The notes beneath the pieces were generated by a model. That model saw only the letters and a program-made list of their open reading frames with translations. It made no database searches and was not told the origin of the DNA. 64,000 bases of DNA. Origin: Acidobacteriota bacterium. Its GTDB lineage: Bacteria > Acidobacteriota > UBA6911 > RPQK01 > JAJDTT01. Below, in pieces: positions 30,262 through 39,401 of the stretch. Every line of letters starts with the position of its first letter. Position 1 is the first letter of the stretch. The DNA is taken from contig OZ253580.1 of NCBI GenBank assembly GCA_965263035.1, positions 4,096,001-4,160,000 of the forward strand, written 5' to 3'. A program made the translations under genes and the position numbers.

Positions 30262-31971
30262 TCAACGGGTCCGAAAGGGCTGGACCGTGAAGTCTTCGGC
30301 CAGTTGCAGTTGGTGTCCCGACAAGCGGTCTTCCACCTCCACCGCCACTCGATAGTCTCCGGATTCCAACCCCGCAAGACTGAGGGACTGTATGAAAACC
30401 ACCCTCTGATCGGAGGAATACTGGACCGACTGTCCCTCCGGATCCGGCCTCACCCTCAGGACTTCACCGTTCTTCAGGAGCCGGTAGGCCACGCCGAGAA
30501 GCGGCTTCATCGTCTCCTGATCAACATCGGCATTGTAGACCTGGAAATAAAGGCACAACGACTGCCGGGGTTCGAAGGTCTTGCGCAGGTTGGGCAACAC
30601 CTTCACGTCGCCGATGACGAACATCTCCTCCCGATTCGGGACGGCCTCCAGAACCTGAATGCCCCCCGAAAGGAGGAGCGAGCTGGCAGCCAGTTGTTCG
30701 GCCTTGTAGGGCGCCGGAATGATCGCCTTCCGGCGGACGCCCACCCGGCCCTCGTTCAGGTCCTTGACCACGAAATCCAGCTTGTATCTCTGTCTGCGTT
30801 GGAGAAGCAGGATTTTCTGGAAGTTGGATGTCCCCAGGAAACCGATTTCCAGCTGCTCGGGTGAGAATGACGTGATCAGATCGTGGTCGAACTCGGCCAC
30901 CACCCGGTTGCCGAGACTGGTCACGACCCCATACACGGCGACCCGGGCGACGTGGCGCCCGTTCTCCATCTTGAACGTCAGGTGACGGTTGTCGACCTGC
31001 AAGGTCACCGGAACCAGAATCTGGTCGGCATTGAGGGAGAATTGGTCCTCCCGCAGTTGAAAGGGAAGGTCCTCGAACTCGACGTTGACTCCTACGATCC
31101 TCTTGAGATCGTCGTACCTGATCTCCCGGGCGCCCTGAACAAACGCATAGGTCTTGTACCGGTAAAAGGGATCGCCACGCATCGAATCCATGAGCCGATA
31201 GTTGATCCCCAGCTCCTGCAACCGAGTCGCCCCTCCAGCCGTGGAGTACAAGAGAGCGTCCTTCTCGTCGGGGTTCACGGCCAACCGGTATTGCCCCGAA
31301 AGAGTCGAGTCGACGAACTCCAGGATGATGTCGTTGCCGAGGCCTTCGATATGCCGGTAACGCCAGACCTCAAACGGATAGACCGAGGTGGCTCCGCCGC
31401 CCTCGATCATGGGACGGTGATAGGTCGAACCCGAAGCATGGGATTGGATCTCCGCCGGCGGCCCGTGGAGGATATATATCTTTCCCCGATCACTCTTCCA
31501 ACCAGGATACCCGCTGCTGAAACGTTCATTGGAATAAGCGATTCTACGATAATGTTCCGCCTTGAACTCATTTTCGGAAGTCTTTCGGTCGGGGTCGCGG
31601 CGAGTCCAAAACTGTTCAATAAACCGCTCCTTCTCCTCAGCCGAGACCAGCTTCTCGAACACGGTCCGTTCTTCGTCCGCAATGATGTAAACGGCATCTT
31701 CACGAAGCCACTTCTGAAAATAGTCCACCGCCTCTTCATGCTTTGCCGCGGAACCATCGTTCTGGCCGAATCCCGGTTGTATCCCATGGAGAATGAAGAG
31801 AAAACAGAACAATACAAACAGAACCCGCACGCTTACACGCGATTTATAAATATAAGCGTATTTCAAGAAGAACTCATAAGTCGGACCGGGCATAGGAGTT
31901 GTCTTCATTCCTTCTCCGTCCGCATGTCTCATCCCTGCCGAAGCGCAGACAAGCCGCCGTTCATTCTTCAT
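30262..31971 (-). CDS. GWxTD domain-containing protein
   Basis: WLREDAVYII, FIEQFW.RRDP, EHYRRIAY.NE.F, PGWKSDRGKIYI.HGPP; true start probably downstream (~31830). Confidence 0.88.
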   Translation of the reverse strand: MKNERRLVCASAGMRHADGEGMKTTPMPGPTYEFFLKYAYIYKSRVSVRVLFVLFCFLFILHGIQPGFGQNDGSAAKHEEAVDYFQKWLREDAVYIIADEERTVFEKLVSAEEKERFIEQFWTRRDPDRKTSENEFKAEHYRRIAYSNERFSSGYPGWKSDRGKIYILHGPPAEIQSHASGSTYHRPMIEGGGATSVYPFEVWRYRHIEGLGNDIILEFVDSTLSGQYRLAVNPDEKDALLYSTAGGATRLQELGINYRLMDSMRGDPFYRYKTYAFVQGAREIRYDDLKRIVGVNVEFEDLPFQLREDQFSLNADQILVPVTLQVDNRHLTFKMENGRHVARVAVYGVVTSLGNRVVAEFDHDLITSFSPEQLEIGFLGTSNFQKILLLQRRQRYKLDFVVKDLNEGRVGVRRKAIIPAPYKAEQLAASSLLLSGGIQVLEAVPNREEMFVIGDVKVLPNLRKTFEPRQSLCLYFQVYNADVDQETMKPLLGVAYRLLKNGEVLRVRPDPEGQSVQYSSDQRVVFIQSLSLAGLESGDYRVAVEVEDRLSGHQLQLAEDFTVQPFRTR

Positions 31972-32048
31972 TTAACTGTAGAATGAGGGTCCCAAGAGTC
32001 CTGACCCCCGTGAAACGGACACTCAAGGCTTGCAGATACTGTGAATCC

Positions 32049-32077
32049 ACACTAGACCTCCGGAGCCACCCAGTCAA
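32049..32077 (-). promoter_or_regulatory. Putative sigma70 promoter of the GWxTD-TPR pair
   Basis: Minus-strand TTGACT-N17-TAGTGT. Confidence 0.45.
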
Positions 32078-32179
32078 GTTTCCAATTCCGCCGCCAATAG
32101 CGACGCAGCGGGTGCGAACCACCGCCCGGTTCCGCCTCTCTCCTGGCTCCTTCTCTCTTTCCACTTTACTCTCCGGCGC

Positions 32180-32208
32180 TTGACACTCATGAACACCGTT
32201 GGGACAAT
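32180..32208 (+). promoter_or_regulatory. Putative sigma70 promoter of the paralog operon
   Basis: TTGACA-N17-GACAAT with extended TGn. Confidence 0.55.
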
Positions 32209-32314
32209 CCCGCCAAGCAAAGCGTGCGGACAGGGTGCTTCATTCATAATTTCGCACCCGCTTCTTCCGCCCATATTTTTATTTCGGAAGTCTCGCTGGA
32301 AGGGGTCGACTGCC

Positions 32315-34609
32315 ATGAATTCTCGCCGTCGGTTGAGGTGTCCGTTCTTCGGGATGGGGCCGGCGGCGGTGGGGTTGGCCATAGTCCTCCTCTGCTGCTC
32401 TTGGCCGGCATGCAATCTGGCCACGGACCACCCACGTGTGGCCGTCGTCGTGGGCAGCGCGGCGCCCGAACTGGAGCGCTTTGCGGCCCGGGAGCTGTGT
32501 GAGTATCTGGCCAAGGTCTACGGGATCCAGGCCTATCCGGAACGGCACCCGTCGGCGTCCGCCCAAGCGGTGTTTCTGATCGGCGGTCCTGGGACCAACG
32601 CGGCGGTGGAGAGAGCGGCCGGTGGCCAGCTCTTCCCGGAGGTGAGCGACCAGGGGATCGTGCTTCGACGGACGGAGCTGGACGGGCGGCCGGCCCTGAT
32701 CGTGGGGGGCGGCAGCCCGAAGGCGACCCTGTGGGCGGTCTACGAGCTGGTGGAGCGCTGGGGAGTGCGCTATCTGATCGACCGGGACGTCCTGCCCGAG
32801 AGGAGGGATGTTTTCGAGCTTCCCGACCTCGACGTGGTGATGGAGCCGGTCTTTCGCATTCGTGGACACCCGACCTTCCAGGACTTCGCCGCCAGCGGCG
32901 AGGCGTGGGGAGTCGCCGACTTCCGGGTCCTGATCGACCAACTGGCGAAGATGAAGTTCACCCGTATGAACGTCTACGCCTATGGCTGGCAGCCCTATCT
33001 GCACTGGGAGCACAAGGGGATCAAACGGCAGTCGGCCTCCCTCTGGTACGGCTACCGCTACCCGATCACACCGGACATGTGGGGACGGGAGCGGTTCGAA
33101 GACGCGGATGAATTCTGGAATCCGGATCTGCCTCTGGGAGGCAGTTATGAGGAAACGATAGCGGCCGGCGAGCGGCAGGTCCATAGTCTGATCGAGCACG
33201 CGCACCGCCGGGGCATGGACTGCGATCTCTCGGTTCCCACCACCGACTTCACGCCGGAGTTCGCCCCTCTGCTCAAGGGTGCGGAGAAGAGTTCCATCCT
33301 GACCGGGTTGACGGTGGTTCCCGGGGCCACCACGTCGTTGGACGACCCGCAGCTCTACGAATTGGCCACCGCGGTCCTGCGGCACGCCGTCGACACCTAT
33401 CCCGAAGTCGATTACCTGACGGTCTGGATGCCGGAGTTTCGACAGTGGACGGACGAATACGAGCGGGCCTGGAAGGTTCTGGACGAGAAGTACGGCATCG
33501 GCCAGGTCCTTTCCCTGCCGGATCTCCTGTCCGCGGCCGCCAACCGCAAGGGCTGGAACCGGGGAGTGGAGCGGGCGGTGAACATGGTGAAGGGGGACAT
33601 CGCGGCCCTCTACTTCTACGACCGCCTGCTGCGGGACCCGAAAGTGCTGGAGGGAACGCTCCGGCCCGACATTCCGTTCGTGTACGGGGAGCCGGCCGAG
33701 GAGTTGTATCCCATCCTCGACCGCATTCTTCCCGGCGGCTGGCAGATCTCCGCCCACCCGGAGAATAACCCGGTGCTGTTGCTGAGCCGCCCGCAGGTCC
33801 TCACGGCCCTGGCTTCGCAGCAGGCTCCCGGGATCCTGCACATGACCATCGACGACGACGTCCTGGGGTTGGTGCCCCAACTCACTCCCAACACCCTGCA
33901 CGAGATCTTTCCCCTGATGAGGCGCAGCGCCTGGGCGGGATTCATCGCGCGAGAACGCTTCCCCGGCGATCATGACTGGCCCCTGGCGTACATGGCGCGG
34001 GCCGCCTGGGATGCGGAAATCACTCCAGACGCGGTAGGGCGCGACCTCCTGACCGCAGTCTGCGGGGCCGCTTGCGGGGAGAGCCTGCTGGAGGCGTTTC
34101 ATCAGGTGGAAGCGGCGACCCTGACCATGGTCCTCGCTCCCTCCAGGTCCGCCATCGCGTTCCCGGTGCCGCGGATGATGATGAAGTATTGGACGCCGGG
34201 CCCCGCGCCCGACTACATGGGCAAGGCGCGGCGGGAGTACGAGAGCGCCTTGGAGGCGGCGCGGCGGGCGCGGGAGGAATCCACCCCGGGGGGCCGGTGG
34301 TATCCGGACTTCTGGGTGGGTCGGCTGGAGTTTGCCGCCGGCTACGTGGAAGCGGTCGAGACCTTGCACGACGCGGCCACGGCCGAGGCCGCCGGCCGGT
34401 TTGCAGACGCTCTCGAGCAGTCCCGGAAGGCACTCGAGATGTTGCGCCAAGCCACACTTTCTTACGCCCGGGTGGCCCGTACCCCGACCGACCTGGGCGC
34501 CATCGCCATCCTGAACGAATACGGTCATCGAGCCTTGAAGGCCAAAATGGCCGAACTGAGCAAATCGCTTCCTGCTGGATCGACCGAGGGAAGGGAGCCG
34601 TCGCCATGA
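32315..34609 (+). CDS. Paralog 2 of the uncharacterised GH20-zincin-like family
   Basis: Same conserved blocks as paralog 1; leader ends in WPAC. Confidence 0.75.
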   Translation: MNSRRRLRCPFFGMGPAAVGLAIVLLCCSWPACNLATDHPRVAVVVGSAAPELERFAARELCEYLAKVYGIQAYPERHPSASAQAVFLIGGPGTNAAVERAAGGQLFPEVSDQGIVLRRTELDGRPALIVGGGSPKATLWAVYELVERWGVRYLIDRDVLPERRDVFELPDLDVVMEPVFRIRGHPTFQDFAASGEAWGVADFRVLIDQLAKMKFTRMNVYAYGWQPYLHWEHKGIKRQSASLWYGYRYPITPDMWGRERFEDADEFWNPDLPLGGSYEETIAAGERQVHSLIEHAHRRGMDCDLSVPTTDFTPEFAPLLKGAEKSSILTGLTVVPGATTSLDDPQLYELATAVLRHAVDTYPEVDYLTVWMPEFRQWTDEYERAWKVLDEKYGIGQVLSLPDLLSAAANRKGWNRGVERAVNMVKGDIAALYFYDRLLRDPKVLEGTLRPDIPFVYGEPAEELYPILDRILPGGWQISAHPENNPVLLLSRPQVLTALASQQAPGILHMTIDDDVLGLVPQLTPNTLHEIFPLMRRSAWAGFIARERFPGDHDWPLAYMARAAWDAEITPDAVGRDLLTAVCGAACGESLLEAFHQVEAATLTMVLAPSRSAIAFPVPRMMMKYWTPGPAPDYMGKARREYESALEAARRAREESTPGGRWYPDFWVGRLEFAAGYVEAVETLHDAATAEAAGRFADALEQSRKALEMLRQATLSYARVARTPTDLGAIAILNEYGHRALKAKMAELSKSLPAGSTEGREPSP

Positions 34610-36888
34610 GACTTGAACGTGAGTGGATCCGTCTGGCGCTGCTGGTCCTGGTGCTGACCGGTTCGGCCTGCACGCGGGCTCCCCAAGTGGACGTGGTCGT
34701 GGGCAGCGCCGCGCCGGAGCTGGAACGCTTCGCGGCCCGGGAGTTGTGTGACTATCTGGCCAAGCTCTATGGGATTCGGGCCTATCCTGCACGCCGGATC
34801 TCCGGCTCGGCCGACGCGGTGTTTCTGATCGGCAGTCCGCAGACCAACGCGGCGGTGAAACGCGCGGCCGGGCAGCAGCCCTTTCCGGAGGTGAGCGATC
34901 AGGGGATCGTGCTGCGCCGGGCGGATCTGGAAGGTGGGCCGGCGCTGATCTTGGGCGGAGGCAGCCCGCAGGCGACGCTGTGGGCGGTCTACGAGCTGGT
35001 GGAACGTTGGGGAGTGCGTTATTTCACCGATCGGGACGTCCTGCCGGATCGGCAAGACGCGTTCCAACTTCCTGACCTGGACGTGGTCATGGAACCGGTC
35101 TTCCGCATCCGCGGACACCCCAGCGTCCAGGACTTCGCCCCCAGCGGCGAGTCCTGGGGCATGGCGGACTTCCGGGTCCTGATCGACCAACTGGCCAAGC
35201 TCAAGTTCAACCGGCTGCAGCTCTCGGGTTACATGTACCAGCCCTTCCTGCACTGGGAGCACAAGGGCATCAAGCGGGATACCACCTCCCTCTGGTACGG
35301 CCAGCACTTCCCCATCACTCCCGACATGATCGGACGGGAGCTGTTCGAAGATGCCGAAGAGTTCTGGAATCCGGACCTGCCCCTGGGAGGCCGTTATGAG
35401 GAGATGATGGCCGCCGGGGAGCGGCTGCTTCACAACCTCATGGAGTACGCCCACCGACGGGGTATGGAGTGCGATGTCGATGCACCCACCAACGACTTTC
35501 CGCCTGCCTTCGCTCCTCTGCTGAAAGGGGCCGAGCGGAGCTTTCAGATGGCGGTTCGGCCGGGCTTCAACACCCCGGTGGACGACCCCGTGGTGTTCGA
35601 TCTTTCCAGCGCCATCCTGCGGGCCACGGTCAACACCTATCCGGAAGCGGACCACATTCGGATGGGGATGCCGGAAGAGAAGCAATGGCTGGGCGAGTAT
35701 GAACGGGCCTGGAAACTGCTCGATGCCAAATACGGAGTCGGCCAGGTGAGATCCCTCCCCGATCTGGTGGAGGCAGCCGGGAACCGCAAGGGATCCGGGC
35801 GCTGGCCGGGCGAGCTGGGGGTGGCGCAGTTCAAGGCCGACCTCACCTCTCTCTATTTCTACGACCGCCTGTTGAACGATCCGAAGGTCCTGAAGGACAG
35901 CCTCCGGCCCGATATCGGGATCATCTTCAATGAACCGGCCGAAGAGCTGTTTCCCATCCTGGACCGGATCCTGCCGGAAGGGTCCGAGGTCGGGATCCAC
36001 CCCGAAAACCAGCCCGAGAACTTCCTGCCGCGCGCCGACGTCCTCTCGACTCTGAACACGGAGAAGATCCCGGGCCACATGCACGTGACCCTGGACGACG
36101 ACGTGGTGGGCCTGGTGCCCCAACTGCGGCCGGCGGTGCTGCACCAGGTCCTGCAGGAACTGCGCCGCCATGGCTGGGCCGGGTTCATCGCACGCGAGCG
36201 CTTTCCGGCAGACCATGACGCCGTTCTGGCCTATCTGGCCCGGGCCGCCTGGGACGAGCAGGCGAATCCGAAAGAGGTGGCGCGCGATCTGGTGGGGACG
36301 GTCTGCGGGGAAGAGGCCGTGGAGGACCTGCTGGCGGCCTTCGACCTGCTGGAATCGGCCACCCTCACGCTGGCCACGAGCCCCGAGTCGGACGCCAAGA
36401 TCGGACCGACGCGGCTTCTCGTCATCCCGTTCGCCTTCTACGTGCGCGGAATGCTGATGAAGTTCTGGAAGCCGCAGGAGGTTCCGGCCTATCTGGAGAC
36501 CGTGCAGCGGGATTACGGTCAGGCTCTGGAGGCCGCCCGGCGCGCCCGGGACCAGTCGGAGGCGCGGGGACGCTGGTATCCCGAGTTCTGGGTGGGACGG
36601 CTGGAGTTCGCCCTGGGATACGCCGACACGGTGGAAGCGCTGTACCGGGGAGCCCTGGCCGAAGAGAAGGGTGAGCGCGAAGTGGCCCTCAGCCACGCTC
36701 GCGAGGGGTTGGAGTCCCTCCGCCAGGCCACGGAAGCGTACGCCCGCGTCGCCCGCAACCGGACCGACCTGGGCGCCATCGCCGTGCTCAACGAATACGC
36801 GTACCGTCCCTTGTTGAAGAAGACGGAGGAACTGGCGCAGGGGGAGGAAAGAGGAAAGAAAAAAGAGGAAAGAGAGGGGGGTTTTTGA
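34606..36888 (+). CDS. Paralog 3 (lipoprotein)
   Basis: ATGA overlap with paralog 2; MRLEREWIRL...TGSAC lipobox; same blocks. Confidence 0.78.
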   Translation: MRLEREWIRLALLVLVLTGSACTRAPQVDVVVGSAAPELERFAARELCDYLAKLYGIRAYPARRISGSADAVFLIGSPQTNAAVKRAAGQQPFPEVSDQGIVLRRADLEGGPALILGGGSPQATLWAVYELVERWGVRYFTDRDVLPDRQDAFQLPDLDVVMEPVFRIRGHPSVQDFAPSGESWGMADFRVLIDQLAKLKFNRLQLSGYMYQPFLHWEHKGIKRDTTSLWYGQHFPITPDMIGRELFEDAEEFWNPDLPLGGRYEEMMAAGERLLHNLMEYAHRRGMECDVDAPTNDFPPAFAPLLKGAERSFQMAVRPGFNTPVDDPVVFDLSSAILRATVNTYPEADHIRMGMPEEKQWLGEYERAWKLLDAKYGVGQVRSLPDLVEAAGNRKGSGRWPGELGVAQFKADLTSLYFYDRLLNDPKVLKDSLRPDIGIIFNEPAEELFPILDRILPEGSEVGIHPENQPENFLPRADVLSTLNTEKIPGHMHVTLDDDVVGLVPQLRPAVLHQVLQELRRHGWAGFIARERFPADHDAVLAYLARAAWDEQANPKEVARDLVGTVCGEEAVEDLLAAFDLLESATLTLATSPESDAKIGPTRLLVIPFAFYVRGMLMKFWKPQEVPAYLETVQRDYGQALEAARRARDQSEARGRWYPEFWVGRLEFALGYADTVEALYRGALAEEKGEREVALSHAREGLESLRQATEAYARVARNRTDLGAIAVLNEYAYRPLLKKTEELAQGEERGKKKEEREGGF

Positions 36889-36916
36889 GGCGGGGTTGCA
36901 TGGAGGCGAACGTGTG

Positions 36917-37735
36917 ATGAAGTTGCCGTTTCGGCGTCTTGTCTTGGTTTTGTTGGCGGGGTTGGTGACGGGGTCGGCGATGGGGAAGAAGAGGGATTAC
37001 CGGAATCAGCCGTTTCGGGTGGCGGTGGCCTTGGGAGAGAGCACCACCGCCGGAGGCACGGCGACGACTCCCGAATTGAGCTGGGTGAGCCTGCTGGCCG
37101 ATCTGATCAACGAGAGTCAGGTGGAGCCGGTCCGAATGATCAACAACGGCATCGGAGCCAACCTGATCTCCCCGCGCAGCCCCACCTATCAGACGTCCGA
37201 ACACCCGAGTGCCCTGGAGCGCTACCGGGAGCATGTCATTGCGTACGATCCCGATCTGGTTCTGGTCTCGTACGGCTTCAACGACGCCCGGGGAGGGACC
37301 CCTCTCTGGCAGTTTCTGGACGACCTTCGCCACATCGTAATGGATATCAAGAAGCAGACGGGGGCCGTCGTGGTGATGGTCAATTCCTATTTCTTGACCG
37401 GGTTCGAAGATCACGCACCCTACGATCGGGCGAACGTTGCCGTTCTCGAGGGTTACAACAGCGCCATGAAGCAGTTGGCCGCCGAATGCGGCGTCCTCCT
37501 GGCCGACGTCTTTGCGGCCGAGGACCAGGCGCCCTGGATGATCGACACCGACGGGGTCCACCCGAACAACCTGGGCCACCGGGTCATCGCCAACCGGATT
37601 TTCGAAGTCCTGGCTCAGAACTGCAGCGCCCTCTCCGGAAAGGCCTTCCAGCAGCGGAAGTCCATGAAGCAGTGGCGTCCGACGCGCGAGAAGCAGATCC
37701 AGAAAGAGTACTTCGAGAAGAGGAAGAAGGAGTAG
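36917..37735 (+). CDS. SGNH/GDSL hydrolase, secreted
   Basis: LGESTT (block I variant), NNGIG, YGFNDA, DGVHPN. Confidence 0.88.
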   Translation: MKLPFRRLVLVLLAGLVTGSAMGKKRDYRNQPFRVAVALGESTTAGGTATTPELSWVSLLADLINESQVEPVRMINNGIGANLISPRSPTYQTSEHPSALERYREHVIAYDPDLVLVSYGFNDARGGTPLWQFLDDLRHIVMDIKKQTGAVVVMVNSYFLTGFEDHAPYDRANVAVLEGYNSAMKQLAAECGVLLADVFAAEDQAPWMIDTDGVHPNNLGHRVIANRIFEVLAQNCSALSGKAFQQRKSMKQWRPTREKQIQKEYFEKRKKE

Positions 37736-37795
37736 GCTCGATGGACACCGCCGGAATCGGGACTGTCTCCAAAGACCAGGATTGAGGAGGAAGTT

Positions 37796-39379
37796 GTGAC
37801 CAACGGAAACGAGCCTCTTTTCCCCTATGTCGCGAATCAGGACGAGCAATTCTCCTTCCTGATGGGAGAGGACTTCGTCGAGAAGCACAACATCGCCTGG
37901 CGGGTGGAACTGGCGCAGGAAGAGCCGGCCAATCCTCTCATCGAGCCGGAGCTGCCCTGGGAGAACGCCTGCGCCATGAGTCACGGCACGGTGATGATCG
38001 ACCCCACGGACGGGCTCTGGAAGGCCTGGTACACGGCGGTCCCGAAGCATCCCTACAACGCGTCGGCGGAGCGGCGTCTGGCCTACGCCGAGTCGACCGA
38101 CGGGGTGAACTGGGTGAAGCCCGAACTGGATATCTGCTCCTACCAGGGCCAACGGCGGACCAACATCCTGATCGACCTCAAGTCGGGAGGTCCGGCCCAC
38201 AACGCTTCCGTGATCGTCCATCCCGACGCGCCGCCCGATCGAAGGTACGAGATGTTCATCCTGCGGCTCCCGGGCTGGTTCTGTCCCTACCGCGTGGTGA
38301 AGGGCTTTTCAGTCCCCGCCGGCCAGGACGCCCACCAGAAGGGGGAGGGGGCCTTCAGTCCCGGCCTCTATCGTTACCGGTCCTCCGACGGCAAGCACTG
38401 GGAACCGTGGGAGTCGGCCGGATTCGACACCGCCGACGGCGGATGGGTCACGCAACTGGCGGACGGTTCCTATGCCGCCTACCACAAGAGCGCCATTCCC
38501 GCCCTGCCGGGAGGGTTGTCTCCCTACGACGTGGCGGTCGGCGTCTGCCGGGTCATCATGCGGAGGACCGGCCGGACCGGTTCCGACTGGTCCGCGTCCG
38601 AACTGACGCTGACACCGGACTGGCAGGATCCCAACGACACCCAGTTCATGGAGTTGTCGCCGCTGGCCCAACGGAACGGATTCGTCGGACTGGCCACCGT
38701 CTATCACACCTGGAACCAGACGGTGGACCTCCAGTTCGCCGCCTCGCGTGACGGCAAGTCCTGGTGGCGCCCCGACCGGAGGGCCTGCGTGCCGCTGCGG
38801 GCCCTGGGAGACTTCGGTGGCGGGATGACCTGGCCGATGCATCCCATGGTGCACCATGACGGAAGGATCTATCTCTACTACTGCGGTTGCGAGGGTCTTC
38901 ACAACGACTACATGAGCACCGAACCGGCCGAGAGGATGCGCCAAGCCGAACTGCCCGAGTGGCCGCACTACTGGCAGCCCCTCGCCCTGGGCAAGGACAC
39001 CCGCAGTCCGGTTGCGGGCCTCCTCTGGTTCACCGGCGGCATCGGCCGAGCCTCCTGGGAGGTGGGACGGCTGTGGGCCGCGGTCACCGCCGCCGGCGGT
39101 TACTCCACGGGCGACCTTTTGACTCGCACTCCGGTCCCGCACCAACACCGGGTGGTGGTGAATGCCGTCACCGTGGGGGAAGGAAAGCTGGAGGCCGAGC
39201 TGGTTTCCGGGGGGAAGCCCGTCGCCGGGTTCAGCCGCTCCGACTGCCGCCCGATTCGCGGCGACCACCGCGCGGCCGTGACCCGGTGGAAAGGGGGAGA
39301 TCGCTGTCCCGTGGGAGACGCGCAACTGCGCTTCTACATCCATCAGGCTCGGCTATATGGCGTCGATTTTCAGGAGTGA
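37796..39379 (+). CDS. Hypothetical protein, probable beta-propeller glycoside-hydrolase-like fold
   Basis: NPLIEPELPWE, WKAWY, YAESTDGVNWVKP, S.DGK.W Asp-box-like repeats, IYLYY.G; GAGGAGG RBS before GTG. Confidence 0.65.
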   Translation: MTNGNEPLFPYVANQDEQFSFLMGEDFVEKHNIAWRVELAQEEPANPLIEPELPWENACAMSHGTVMIDPTDGLWKAWYTAVPKHPYNASAERRLAYAESTDGVNWVKPELDICSYQGQRRTNILIDLKSGGPAHNASVIVHPDAPPDRRYEMFILRLPGWFCPYRVVKGFSVPAGQDAHQKGEGAFSPGLYRYRSSDGKHWEPWESAGFDTADGGWVTQLADGSYAAYHKSAIPALPGGLSPYDVAVGVCRVIMRRTGRTGSDWSASELTLTPDWQDPNDTQFMELSPLAQRNGFVGLATVYHTWNQTVDLQFAASRDGKSWWRPDRRACVPLRALGDFGGGMTWPMHPMVHHDGRIYLYYCGCEGLHNDYMSTEPAERMRQAELPEWPHYWQPLALGKDTRSPVAGLLWFTGGIGRASWEVGRLWAAVTAAGGYSTGDLLTRTPVPHQHRVVVNAVTVGEGKLEAELVSGGKPVAGFSRSDCRPIRGDHRAAVTRWKGGDRCPVGDAQLRFYIHQARLYGVDFQE

Positions 39380-39401
39380 GCGGATCCAACATTTCGCAGT
39401 G

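Noticed and set aside
34072-34605. N-terminal extension making paralog 3 938 aa
   Set aside because: It overlaps paralog 2; the real start is ATG 34606 with RBS, ATGA coupling and a lipoprotein leader
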